Assembly (NCBI RefSeq): GCF_035084215.1
Contig: NC_090348.1
Coordinates: 35,836,001 to 35,900,000 of the forward strand
Reading direction: 5' to 3'
Source: Heptranchias perlo
Taxonomy: Eukaryota
Length of the DNA stretch: 64,000 bases
The notes below the pieces were generated by a model. It was given only the letters and a program-made list of their open reading frames with translations, searched no databases and was not told the DNA's origin. Position numbers and translations under genes: made by a program. Below are positions 40,911-53,611 of this stretch, piece after piece. Numbering within the stretch: the stretch's first letter is position 1; each line of letters begins with the position of its first letter.

Positions 40911-41256
40911 CTAAAGAAAAGTCTTGATTATAGTCATGTCAACTTAGTAACATTGCTAAATGAACACGCGTAATCAAAAGTCACTTCAGAAAAATCACAC
41001 AAGAGGAAATCTAGAAGCATAGCAAAGGTTTTATGATAGAGCAGGTGTCATAAATATTGGACCTTAAACAAACATGATGGATAAAAATGCCTATGTGTGC
41101 ATCAAACAACCCCAACAGCTAATTTACTGCATATTTCTCAACTCAAAAAGCTTTCTTATTTTGAAACTGACCATCTGTAGTTCAGAATGCCTGGGGTCCT
41201 GATTTTAATCAATAGGTCGATCAATAAGTCTGGCACATTTAATTAAATCTAGTGCA

Positions 41257-42655
41257 ACATAGGAACAGGAGTAGGCCATTTAGCCCCTTGAACCTGTTCT
41301 GCCAATGAGATCATGGCTGATCTGTGACCTAACTCCATGTACCCGCCTTAGCCCCATATCTCTTACTACCTTTGGTTAACAAAAATCTATCAATCTCATT
41401 TTTAAAATTAACAATTGAACTAGCATCAGCTGCTGTTTGCGGAAGAGAGTTCCATAGTTCCACTACCCTTTGCGTGTAGAAGTGTTGCCAAACTTCACTC
41501 CTGAAAGTCCTGGCTCTAATTTTTAGGCTATGTCCCCTAGTCCTAGACTCCCCAACCACCAGAAATAGTTTCTCTCTATCTACCCTATCAGTTCCCCTTA
41601 ATATCTTGAAAATTTCGATCAAATCACCCCTTAATCTTCTAAATTCCAGGGAATACAACCCTAGTTTGTGTAATCTCTCCTCGTAATTTAACCCTTGGAG
41701 TACAGGTATCATTCTAGTAAATCTACGTTGCACTCCTTCCAAGGCCAATATATCCTTCCTAAAAGTACGGTGCCCAGAACCAAATACAGTACTCCAGGTG
41801 TGGTCTAACCAGGGCTTTGTATAGCTGTAGCATAACTTCTACCCCCTTGTATACTAGTCCTCTAGATATAAAGGCCAGCATTCCATTAGCCTTTTTGATT
41901 ATTTTCTCTACCTGTCCATGACATTTTAATGATCTATGTACATGGACCCCTAAGTCTCTTTGGACCTCCACTGTTGCGAGCTTTTCACCATTTAGAAAAT
42001 ACTCTGATCTATCCTTTTGAGGTCCAAAGTGGATGACCTCACACTTGCCTACACTGAAATCCATTTGCCACAGTTTTGCCCATTCACTTAATCTATCTTA
42101 AAATCTCTCTAATTTTATGCTTCCATCTACACTGCTTACAATGCTGCCTATCTTTGTGTCATTTGCAAATTTGAATATGCGGCTCTCTATCCAGTCATCT
42201 AAGTCATTGAAGCCCCATCACAGATCCCTGTAAGACAACACAAGTCATATACTGCCAATTTGAGCACCTGCCCATTATCCCTACTCTCTGTCTCCTGCCG
42301 CTCAGCCAATTTCCTAACTGGGTCAATAATTTGCCTTCAATTCCATGAGCTCCAACATTAGCTTACAGTCTCTTATGAGGGACTTTATCAAATGCCTTCT
42401 GGAAGTCCATATAAACAACATCCATAGACATTCCCCCCGTCCACTACTTTAGTTACCTCTTAAAAAAATTCAATCAGGTTCGTCAGGCATGACCTGCCTT
42501 TTGCAAATCCATGCTGGCACTCTGATCAACTGAAAATTTTCAAGGTGTCCAGTCACTCTACCCTTAATTATAGGCTCCAGTAATTTCCCAACAGATGTTA
42601 GGCTAACTGGGTCTATAATTTGCTGGTTTCCTCTCTCACCTTTCTTAAATAGCAG
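41257..42655 (-). mobile_element. CR1 LINE 3' ~1.4 kb with internal deletions
   Basis: ORFs 41329..41748, 41759..42064 and 42470..42703 carry CR1 ORF2 motifs. Confidence 0.93.
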
Positions 42656-42954
42656 TGCTATATGTCCCCTTGCCACATTAATTTTGAAAGGTAGCATGCA
42701 CATTTTTAGTCAGAGAGAAAATCTGATTTCAAGAATGTTAAAATTGCTCCATCTTCGGGAGAGAAAACACTTACGGGACGATTTAACAAAAACACACTAC
42801 CAGTGGCAACCCTCACCCGCCAGTCTCATATAATCAGGATTGGTTAATGGACAGAAAACAGAAAGCCCTGAGTAAATGGTTTAATTTACTCTGAATTAAA
42901 ATAAATCAGTTAAAATAAAAAAATAAATCTGCTTAACCTGGTGTAAAAGTTGAA

Positions 42955-43080
42955 TATACTAGTCCTCTAGATATAAAGGCCAGCATTCCATTAGCCTTTT
43001 TGATTATTTTCTGTACCTGTCCATGACATTTTAATGATCTATGTACATGGACCCCTAAGTCTCTTTGGACCTCCACTGTT
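42955..43080 (-). repeat. 126-bp internal CR1 fragment duplicating 41850-41975
   Basis: 125 of 126 positions identical by direct comparison. Confidence 0.9.
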
Positions 43081-44836
43081 TTGGGGGAAGGGAACATAGG
43101 TGCTGGAACATGAGTGTATGGCAAGGGGCGGGAAGACATCAGCATTTAAGTTGGGAGCTGGAAAAGATGGTAAGAGAGTGGGAATGGAGGAACGTATAGG
43201 GAGGAACAACAAGCAGGAATAGCAAAATGCAGTGCGAGAGTGTAGGAACAGAGGGAAGCTTTTGGCGCATGGGGCAGGTTGCTACAGGGGCTCACAGAAT
43301 GAGAGAGTGTAAGATAGAACTAGAGGTTGATTCCAGCTTATAGGAGAATTGCAGTCAATTTATGGGATCGGACAGTAGTTGAGGATGTGGGTGTACTAGA
43401 TACGGGATTGTCACCCAACCCCGATCTCTCTACATCAACAATCTATCTTTTTTTCTATCCCTCATCCTTTTTTACTCTCTACCTCTCTCTCCCTCCCATC
43501 TCTCTCTCATTCCCTCTTCAAAATCTCCCCATCTCTTTTCCCCACAAAGACCTCCTTCTCTCCAAGAGATCACTGTCCCTCTGATCGCATTGCCTCTCTC
43601 TTCACCTTATGTGCTTCGAAAAGAAATTGCTACTTTGCCAGTTAAGACACGACAGGCTGAACAAGGGTGGGAGGGCAACCAAGAACACAGGTCAGGGCTG
43701 GGACCAAATGAGAGACACAGCAAAGGACCATGGCAGCAACAATCCTGAATAGGAGTGGGCCAATAGCTGGATCAGTACTGGAACTAAGCCATGGCAATGA
43801 AACAGGCAAGCCGTGGAGTAATCTCTCCCTGGGTATGAATGATGGAGTAAGAGGCCATGTCCTGAGGCTGCTGGTTAAACATTTTAAATAATATGTCCTA
43901 TTTGTCCATGGAGCTGGTTTATGCCATTTCATGGTGCACCAGTGGAAGGACCTGCAAGGTTGGCAATGGCAAGTTCAGAAACCTCTTCTCAGTGTAAAAA
44001 CATTTCGAGACATTACTTAGGTGTGTGAAAACATGACAAAGGCATATCAAACTTATGACACAGGAAATAAGAGTGACACCAGAAAGTGCGCACAGTTGCA
44101 AGAATTTTTATTATAGATAAACACACACATATGTACACAAATTTTGACTTGGGCAAGGTATTGTAAGCAAAATCTCCAAGTGAAGCATGGTATATTGTAG
44201 CAGGGGAAGGTTAATCAGAGCAAAGTCACAAGTTGGAGGTTTCTCCTATTTCCAAGCTACCAGCTACAAGGGCCACTGGTGCAGCCTGGGGGTAGGCTGT
44301 ATGCCTCCTCAGGATGTGTCAAGCAGATGAAGGAGCAGGGGATAAAGATTATAGGGGAAAGATTAAGAAAAAAACTCATTCCTCCCCAAAAAACAGCAGG
44401 AGAAACAGTGGGGAAAAAAATTAACATACCAATGCTTCCAGTGAGTGGGATAGTGGATTCAATTCACATAACTATATTGGTTAAAAAAAATTGTTGGGAG
44501 GAGCAGAAAGATAGTACAAAGCATCAAGCAACTGGCAAAAACTTGGTGAACAGTATCTCGTACTTTTATTCATGCATTTCATGACACTTCAACAAAACAA
44601 AGAGCTGTGATGATCATTCCATAAATTATTTTCAAAACAGTTCCATATTTTGTGATTGATGAATTTGTAAAATAGAAGTATAATTTTCAAATAGGTGAAC
44701 CATATTAAACAATAGATGCAATTCACAAATCTAATATTTGACGATACTAATTATAGATATGCCATCCATACAGTTTAGCACACCTGCAAAATTTATGCAG
44801 CAAACTCAGGTAATCTGAAGCTACAAACTGACTTAC

Positions 44837-44885
44837 CTGAGTATCTACTTTGGGGTCTGGTGAGTCATCAGTACAGTGAAGAAAT
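44837..44885 (-). CDS. CDC123: CDC123 exon 7
   Basis: Encodes FLHCTDDSPDPKVDTQ; acceptor cctag, donor GTAAGT; 49 nt. Confidence 0.96.
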
Positions 44886-45888
44886 CTAGGTGAAAAATTA
44901 AATATTCAACATGTTTGATAACCATTTGTTTCATAAGAACAGTCACACTGATAAGCTCTAGAAACTAGAAAGCATCCAGTTAACAAGAGGTTTAAAAAGC
45001 AAATGGCACATGGTTACTGCGGTTTTTGAGTGAAGGTCATAATCTACAATTAATTTGTTGGAAAACACCATGTCCTGTAATACCATTTGTTTTGTTTGAA
45101 CTGTCCCATGAATATAAATGATCTAAAAAATAATGTGGATTGAATTTTGTTTACAGTTGGCATAGTTCAAAAATAGCAATATTTCAGAGGTGCTTTTTTT
45201 GGCAGAGTGTCACAGTTTTTTTGTCCTTCAAATGAGCATTGTGGACCAAATGTCAAGTGAGCCCAAAATAGTGCAACAAAATATTCCAAAACAAGCTATT
45301 TAAAAGCAGCAATAACTTTCCCAACTAACTGGAGTATTGTGGAAGGATGAACATGGAGTGCAAAGCAACTTGGAACACAGCTATAACATACATTTTTGCT
45401 AGCTAATCAGGAAGAAAAAGCATTATTTCCCCCCCCCCCCCACCTACTCCTAAAAAGACTGCATTAAATACTTCAATTAAATTGAAGTATTTGTTTACAA
45501 TGTATAAATTACATGTGGTGGCATAAGGCCCAAGACCCACTTGAAGAGGTGGTGCTTGATTCTGCCCCTGGATTCAGTGCTCCCTTTGTGATTGATATGA
45601 ATATTGCTGCTGGAGACAAAGTCTGCCGTGTTTTCTGATCTCTGGTGGACTGAGCAGCTGAGCTCATCCACACAAGTCAATGATGAATTGGGCTTGGCTG
45701 TGATGCTCCTGCATTCGAATAGCCTGTTAACACTTGCTGTTCAAGCTCGCATGTAAATAACCGCTGCTTGGGTAAGATATCAGAATGCAAAAAGTTAATG
45801 CTTACAGGAAGAGACAAGGGAAAAAAAAAAAGAGGAAAAATAAAACTTAAAAACTCTGAAGGTAAATATTGAAGATTTAAGTACATAC

Positions 45889-45995
45889 GGCTGAGTCAAG
45901 TCATGAGTAACAAAGTCAGAACTTTTCAAGAGCAGGAAGATGTCACTCAAATTATTGCACTTGAGGGAGCTGTTCATTGCAATCCATTGAGCATC
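45889..45995 (-). CDS. CDC123: CDC123 exon 6
   Basis: Encodes DAQWIAMNSSLKCNNLSDIFLLLKSSDFVTHDLTQP; 107 nt; partly visible as ORF 45795..45977. Confidence 0.98.
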
Positions 45996-46249
45996 CTAAG
46001 GTGGGAGAAGAAACAGACAGATGTAAAAGAATTATTGGGTATGGGCCATGTGGTCATTCTGAAGCTGACTGACATTATCTTGCCTATTCAGTCACAAAAT
46101 ACAAATTAAATTAGACAACAAAATACTTTGAATGTTTTTCATTTTAATTTCTTCTGCTTTTAGTTTTGAAACAATTTTATTTTGATTTAAATATGTAGAA
46201 AAATGGTTGAAATTTTAAAGAATTGTCAACTAGAATTGTTAATTGTCAA

Positions 46250-47416
46250 CTGCCTCAGCACATCTGCTGCTGAAACCCTCATCCATGCCTTTGTTACCTC
46301 CAGACTGGACTATTCCAATGGTGTACTGGCTGGTCTCCCATAGATTCATAGAAGGGTTACAGCGCGGAAGGAGGCCATTCAGCCCATCGAGTTTGTGCCA
46401 ACTCTATGCAAGAGCAATCCAGCTAGTCCCACTCCCCTGCCCTATCCCTGTAGTCCTGCAATTTTTTTCCTTTCAAGGAATTATTCTATTCCCTTTTGAA
46501 AGCCACGATTGAATCTGCTTTCTCCACCGCCCCGGGCAGTGCATCCCAGATCCCAACTACTCGCTGCCTAAAGAAGTTTTGCCGCATGTCACCTTTGGTT
46601 CTTTTGCCAATCACCTTAAATCTGTGCCCTCTGGTTCTTGACCCTTCCACCAACAGGAACAGTTTCTCTCTATCTACTCTGTCTAGATCCTTCATGATTT
46701 TGAATTCCTCTATCAAATCTCCTCTCAACTTTCTCTGTTCAAAGGAGAACAACCCCAGCTTCTCCAGCCTATCCACGTAACTGAAGTCCCTCATCCCTGG
46801 AATCATTCTAGTAATGGCACGCAGCCAAATCAAAGAAGAGGAACTCTCCTTTTCCCTCCTTCCTCTTGAAGTCTTGCCCAGAATGAGTCAGCTCCTTCAA
46901 GATCTTCCACCCTCCATAAACGTATGCTCATCAAAAACTCTGCTGCCATATCCTAACTCAGACCAAGTCCTGTTCTTGCTGACCTACATTGGTTCCTGGT
47001 CCAGGTACGTCTCAATTTTAAAATTCTCATCCTTGTTTTCAAATCCCTCCATGGCCTTGCACCCTCCCCCCCCCCTCTCTGTAACCTCTTCCAGCTCTAC
47101 AATCCTCCGAGATCTCTGCGATCCTCCAATTCTTGCCTCTTGCACATCAGAGTTTAAATCGCTCCACCATTGGCGGCCGTGCCTTCAGCTGCCTAGGCCC
47201 TAAGCTCTAGAATTTCTCCCTAAGCCTCTCCACTTCTCTCTCCTCCTTTAAGACGCTCCTTAAAACCTACTTCTTTGACCAAGCTTTTGGTCATCTGTCC
47301 TAATACCTCCTTATGTGGCTCAGTGTGAAATTTTGTTTGCTAACACTCCTGTGAAGCACCTTGGGACGTTTTACTATGTTTAAAGGCGCTATATAAATGC
47401 AAATTGTTGTTGTTGT
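46250..47416 (+). mobile_element. L2 LINE 3' region with a nested CR1
   Basis: AETLIHAFVTSRLDYSN motif; tail aaggcgctatataaatgcaaat(tgt)n. Confidence 0.85.
46339..46815 (-). mobile_element. CR1 3' fragment nested antisense in L2
   Basis: TRMIPGMRDFSYVDRLEKLGLFS..RGDLIE; tail catagattcataga on the + strand. Confidence 0.9.
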
Positions 47417-48289
47417 AGTAGAAAGCCAACATTTTTTTCTTGAAGTTATTAATGTTATTGTCTTTTTGGCAATTTTCCCAATAAAATAGATGATGTCAAA
47501 GTGCTGCTTATTTGGTGTCTATAGTAAGTTGGTGATAGAACACACATGCTATAAAATGTGGTTAATCTTATGGACTCAAGAATTCATTGCGACACTATTA
47601 GGTTTGTGCCGCCAGTTCTAACAATTCAGGTCAGAGTACAAAATAATCACTTTAGACAACAGAGAAATAAACATTTCACCTTAAGGTCATCACAAATATG
47701 CAACCAGAAAATTTTAAGAAAATGGGCAATTGTTGAAATTATAATCTGCAATTTCTGGGATTACAATCTACAACCACAATGGTGTGAAACAAAGAAAAAT
47801 ACAAAACTTGTGTGTGACAGGAATTTTTAGCTGCAAACATTCTTGAACAAAATTTGGGCAACAGTGGTGGGTGGTCAAAATTTAAGCAAAACAAAACACA
47901 TTTCGCACAAGAGTGACAACTTTTATGACAACCATTAACTACCTAACAAAATATACCCAGACCTAGACACAGGAGTAATCAGACTCATCAACTGAACCTC
48001 CCACTCAACCTTGGATACTTGGTTTATAGGAGCTGTGAGTCATAGTTGTGCATTGCACAGAAGATATATGTTAAAAGTCTATTAATAGAGAATAAACTTG
48101 AGAGTATAACAGGTTAGGTTTTTGCTCATTCATAGTCAACGACCAGAAAATCTAGCCCTATACATTTTGTACAAGTACATAGGATTGAAAAGATTGCTTA
48201 CATAAATTCTCCAGCTGGAACAAATCTTCTCTGGCATTTTATTGTAAAACAAAATTCTCTTGATCGGGTGGTAAAACCAGTGAGTAGTC

Positions 48290-48612
48290 AAGCCATACAG
48301 ACTAGGAAGGGCATAGGCTTTATTCCTGGTTTGTGCTGAGTTATCTCATCTCTGGTAGAATGGTATAAGGGACATTACAATTGGTATCAGTGCCCTTGCT
48401 GGATTAGCCAGTGTTCTCACAACTGATTGCTATCTACTGTGCTTGGACATGGATGTGGACAGCGTCAGGTTCAGCTCGGATTGTGATCCCCTATTCATAG
48501 TCCACTAACTTGTCAACATTCAGATCTGAAAAATGACCATTTGGGCAAGGCACAGAGGGGGCACAATCAGTGCCTGTGGAATCATACCCCAGTATATCTT
48601 CAGAGAAGGGGG
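48290..48612 (+). mobile_element. Ancient tRNA-derived SINE (same family as 13710)
   Basis: cagactaggaagg..cctggtttgtgctgagttatct..acaattgg..cagtgccc..atgaccatttgggcaagg..ggaatcatacccc. Confidence 0.55.
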
Positions 48613-49707
48613 ACTAAAGCTACCGTCTGTTGAATTAGTTTTAAAAGAATTCTGTTAAATTCTCAATTTCTTTCATACAAGATAATTCCAACTCTTGTTA
48701 AACAGATGTGCCACCTAATGATAAAAATCGAGTACTACAGATTACAGTGATTTCTTATTTCACATGCCTCAACTTTTAATAAATCTTTTCCTCCAAGTTA
48801 CCCCACACTTTTTCCCCGCAGTAGATAAGGAAAGGCAAAATAACCTTTTCCAGCCAATGCCAACGATGGGGGTGGGGGAGATGGGAAATAGACCAAATGT
48901 GAAACAGAAAGGCTTTTGAAATCATGGAAGGTAGTGAGGCAAAGTGGCTTTGGGAGAGAATTCCAGAAGCAGGGCTTAATATGGCAATGGATTAGCCAGA
49001 ATACATTGTCAACTTATTGAGAGAAGTTTTATTTAGGCACAGATTATCCCAAATTAAATCTACTTTCATTGAACCCATACTAATTTTTCCTCTTGTCGAA
49101 CAGGTATCTTGGCCATAGGAGGTGCATGTCAGGCAGAACAGGGAACAGGAGACAATGGAAAAAGATGAATTCATACCTGTGTACGTGAGCACGCGCACAC
49201 ACACTCTAGGTGTCGGTTAGCTAGCAACTGAATGGCAAAACCATACGCTGGTCACAGATATTAACTGTCCCTACCAATGTCAAACTATGTCCCAGCTCAC
49301 AATCTGTTTTTTTTGTCTCTGGATTTCTGTGTATCCGTCCACTCTGCCATCGGGAGAAGCCCTTTCAATCATCAAGGCTATTGAATCTGGAATTCCATTT
49401 CTAAGCCCCTTTGTCCTGCTACATCTCTCCCCACGTTCAAAAGCCCTCTCAAAACTCATCTCTTCGAACGAACCTTCAGTTGCCTGCCCTAGCCGGCATC
49501 CATTACGTCCCCTTTGTGAAGTGCTTTAGGACGATTTACTCCAATAAAAAGTGCTATACAAGTGTCAGTTGTTAAGATGATCAAATCTGAAATTTCATGA
49601 TATCTTCAGAAATTTGGATAAAATTATTGAAGAGATCTTATAATTGAAATATATTAACAGCCTTAAATGCATTTTTCTTCATTTTTGCTTGTCATAACAG
49701 CAGTGGA

Positions 49708-49945
49708 TCATAGAAAATTCAGACTAGAAGGCCATTGGCCATCATGCCTGTACTGGCTCCACACTAAAGCTATTTACTCTAATATAATTTCCTTGTTCCA
49801 TCCCTGTACTCTTGAATATCTTTATTCAGGTGTTTAATCTAATTCCTTCTTAAACGTTGTGACTGACTTGGCTTTAATAGCCATTTGTGGCAAAGCATTC
49901 CAATATTTTAGTTATCCTTTGAGTGAAAAATATCTTCTAACCTCC
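49708..49945 (-). mobile_element. Degenerate CR1 3' end
   Basis: tcatagaa..ggccattggccatcatgcctgt..aaagcattcca..gtgaaaaa. Confidence 0.6.
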
Positions 49946-50826
49946 TATGCTCAGCATCCCCCCACAGGCTGAAATCACAAACTCAGCAGGGGTGAAATCA
50001 AACATGTTTTCACTCTTCTCTGATGCCACATGCAGGTGTTCCAATCCTTTCTGCTATCATTTTCTCCCATACTTCCAATTTTGTTTTCAACCAGGTCAAA
50101 TCTTCCCCAACCAAAACTACTGGACTTGTTTTCAGGCTTGTCTCATAAGTCATTCCATATTTGACCTTTAGAAGGAGAAGGATGGTGTAAATTCACTCTT
50201 TCAATTTTCTCTCCTTCCATTCAGTCCATCCCCAGACAAGATTGAAACTGATCATGTGGTTAAAAGGAATACACACATCCCATTTCTTTGTAACACAGCA
50301 TAACACACTGACAAGCTGCATCACCAGTCACGACCGACTACTCTTGATTCTGATCAGATCCACAAGTCAGTCATTATAATACAATGCGACAGTAATGCCC
50401 ACAGATCCCCTGGCTTGGGTTTATTTTTTCAAATTCCCAATGGTCCAGTTGATTGCCTTAATTTTTAAATTAGACCTGACTCAACTTCAGAAAATAAGGA
50501 GCCTTACCCTCTAGGCAACTTGACTATAACACTTCAGTAAAGATTGGTGAAGCCATTCAAGACCTATTTGATTCCTCCTTTTTGGCACTGACAGACGTGA
50601 CCAAAGTATGGTGACAGAATGATAACCAATTAGAATTAGTCTACATCCACAAGAAACTGAAGATTGATTCACAAACATCGTAAAGCCAATTCAGAATTTG
50701 CTTCACTATTATTTAAACAATCAAAATGTACAGATTTTGTTTAAAAAAGATCTACAATAGACCAATACTGTCTGATACAATCACATCCCGTCTTAAATAA
50801 AATATTCTTTGCATATTCTAGCCCAT

Positions 50827-51054
50827 GATGTGGAGATGCCGGTGATGGACTGGGGTTGACAATTGTAAACAATTTTACAACACCAAGTTATCGTCCAACA
50901 AATTTATTTTAAATTCCACAAGCTTTCGGAGGCTTCCTCCTTCCTCAGGTGGTGTGGGCCACACCACCTGAGGAAGGAGGAAGCCTCCGAAAGCTTGTGG
51001 AATTTAAAATAAATTTGTTGGACTATAACTTGGTGTTGTAAAATTGTTTACAAT
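50827..51054. mobile_element. Penelope-like inverted terminal element (palindrome) with 13-bp TSD
   Basis: Arms 50861-50957 and 50959-51055 are reverse complements with 1 mismatch. TSD tattctagcccat at 50814-50826 and 51055-51067. Confidence 0.85.
50964..51000 (+). ncRNA. Minimal type I hammerhead ribozyme motif (mirror copy on the minus strand at 50916-50952)
   Basis: CCAC-CUGAGGA-A-GGAGG(aag)CCUCC-GAAA-GCUU-GUGG: stem I, core, stem II, GAAA and a palindromic AAGCUU helix III. Confidence 0.7.
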
Positions 51055-51222
51055 TATTCTAGCCCATTCACAGTAAACAGATGCAAACCAGATATAAATT
51101 TGCTTTTCATTTGTCAAAGTTTTCCTCGAGGATGACTGAAGCTGACCTGTATAAAACTAACTTTAGAAGACTGGCAGCAAAACCTTCCAAAACAAGTTGT
51201 ATTTCTTCCCTAAGTTTCTTAC

Positions 51223-51318
51223 CCTCGGAGCGCTCCAATTAAGCTTGGGAAAAACACTGCCTCCAAGAGAGTTTATAGCTTCCTGTACTTTTGCTGAAAA
51301 ATCTGGGAATTCTGGAGC
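51223..51318 (-). CDS. CDC123: CDC123 exon 5
   Basis: Encodes [32 protein letters not shown], including the PKLNWSAP family motif; 96 nt, AG/GT flanks. Confidence 0.98.
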
Positions 51319-51664
51319 CTATGTATTAAAAAAAAGCACAAAGATTAAATTCACGTGTTAACAAAACAAAAATACCTTTAACCCAAAAACCTTGAACTGT
51401 TCCACTTCAGTAAAGCTTTTAATTTTAAAATTGTTAATTTTCAAAGAGCAGTATAAGAGTTTACTTAATTCTACAAGATTAATAAATACAAAATCAAGGA
51501 TTGTATACTAAGACATATATATTTAGTTTTCTGTAAATTTGACAGACTAAAACATAGAAAATGAAAATAAAAATTATACAAGTTAGGCATCACTTTTTAA
51601 AAACTTGTGAATTCACATTTGTAAACTTCAATGTTAGCAAAACTAGTAGTTTCTCCCTGTGTTG

Positions 51665-51701
51665 CTCCAACGTGCTGTATCACTCCAACGTGCTGTATCA
51701 C
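51665..51701. repeat. 18-bp tandem duplication
   Basis: ctccaacgtgctgtatca twice. Confidence 0.9.
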
Positions 51702-52764
51702 AGAATGGGAATTCCTCACAGTATTTTTTCCTCATCTCCATTGCAAAGGCCAAGTCAACCCAGGCAGTTCGTGTGCAACTCCTAGCACAGACATAGACAG
51801 GAAAAGATGCTGTATACCAACAAAGTGCCACATGTTTTAAATCTAGTATACTTGCATGCTCACTCAAGAGCTCAATACTTTAATCTCAAAATGTTTAAAA
51901 GCCTAGCCCGATGTGACTTCTGACCTGTTTTGTTTCCAACGGTTTACTCTGTTTCCAAATAGTTACTCTCACACTCCCTCAATCCTCCTATCCTATTCTC
52001 CTGGCTTCTTTTTCCATTGCCCCATCTGTCACAGTTTCCACCAGCAGAATTGCATGTCTTAAACCGGAGCAATTTCCACAATTCAGGTAACGCCATCGAT
52101 CTCATTTTGTGCTGGAGACGATGATAGCGTGCTGATGGTTTGTGCTTGTGGCTGCAGCAGTGGTGCTACTCCCCATTTGCCCGTTATTGTTCAAGAGCTG
52201 ATTGCGAGTGGCAGGCACCCATGGTGCTGCAGTTCAACTAATATTAAATTATTTGAGCGTGCAATTTTTGGTTACGAAGAAAACTGCCCGTTACATTGTA
52301 GCTGATGCTGACCTAAAGTTGCTTTCAAATAACTCTCACATTGAGTGCTTTAACATTCTTAGTCACAAAGAGCAGAAGAACCACACATTATTCACAAGCC
52401 ATTGGTTGCCCACCTCTACTCTGGCAGCTGACTCTCGTGTGACATTGGCAGAAGTCTTAGAGCAAGTTATCTGCCCACTCTCTGCCAGGAAATGGTATGT
52501 GATGGGGAAGAAAATTTAATTGGAAGAGAGATTACATGAGAATATATGCAGGAAAAGGATTAAAATATAAGTTTAAAATCTGTTGAAATTTTAAAAAGCA
52601 GTCACCTTTAAATGATTTCATTCCTAAATTAATTAGAGTGACTGACCCAATAAAAGACAATAGTCGTTCCCTTTCTCCTCTAGAGGATTACAGAAATTCA
52701 CGCATGGCCCTAGTTGAAGCAGAACATCAGCTCTGGTGAGAAAGATTAAAAATTGTAGAGTTTT

Positions 52765-52955
52765 TAAAAATTCGTTCATGGGATGTGGGCGTCGCTGGCG
52801 AGGCTGGCATTTATTGCCCATCCCTAATTACCCTTGAGAAGGTGGTGGTGAGCCGCCTTCTGGAACCGCTGCAGTCCGTGTGGTGAGGGTTCTCCCACAG
52901 TGCTGTTAGGAAGGGAGTTCCAGGATTTTGACCCAGCGACGACAAAGGAACGGCG
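52765..52955 (-). mobile_element. Short 3' end of a family A LINE
   Basis: Matches 8700-8885 and 10016-10200. Confidence 0.9.
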
Positions 52956-53390
52956 ATAAGAGTGAGGGAGGCCACTGGGGTTATAAGGTCACGGTTAACA
53001 TCCATGATTCTCTTTTCTGCCAAGCCATATGGGGAATTTGCCGAGTTGAGGCCAGGTGCTTCTGCAGCCAAAAAAAAGCACTGTTGAAAGATAGTTGACC
53101 TAGGTTGCTTTCACTCATCTTTGTACCCCGTTACACAGCATCATTGGCAAAGCTCTGGGAACAATAGCCCCTGCTGCCTCTTGGCTAGGGAATGGCATAA
53201 CACCAAAATTACTAAAATTAAGTTCAGCAATAAATGCTACAATCCCACTGCCTTTCACCTAACCAATTTTCTTTGCTGTGTCCTAAAATAAAAGGTTAGT
53301 CACTGATAAGTTATAAATGATATTCAGCCAAGGCACTAGTCATATTAAACACAATTATAACAGCTACATATATGCAAGTACACCCCTTAC

Positions 53391-53423
53391 CGTAAGTGTT
53401 GTCACATTCTCATCATCTGACCA
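53391..53423 (-). CDS. CDC123: CDC123 exon 4
   Basis: Acceptor catgtag, donor GTAAGG; encodes WSDDENVTTLT; 33 nt. Confidence 0.95.
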
Positions 53424-53550
53424 CTACATGAAAAAAAAACACAAAAAAGTTACCTATCAAACATTCTGTCAGTGCATTCAGCATAAATATACAGCATGAA
53501 TACTGAAACAAATACTGTTTAGTTAAGGCAATAAACAACACAGTACTGAC

Positions 53551-53611
53551 CTGGATATCCTGTTCTTCATCACTGCCGTCATCTGCACGTGAATAACTTG
53601 GGACTTCATTT
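53551..53611 (-). CDS. CDC123: CDC123 exon 3
   Basis: Acceptor gtttcag, donor GTCAGT; encodes NEVPSYSRADDGSDEEQDIQ; 61 nt, restores frame (cumulative 207). Confidence 0.93.

Noticed and set aside
50861-51055. Palindrome as a miRNA precursor or DNA-transposon MITE
   Set aside because: The arms are too long and perfect for a typical pre-miRNA. The asymmetric extension, AATAAA, hammerhead core and 13-bp TSD fit a Penelope-type origin better.
52811-53071. ORF fusing unique sequence to a LINE tail
   Set aside because: Non-ATG start and a chance junction at a 5'-truncated LINE.
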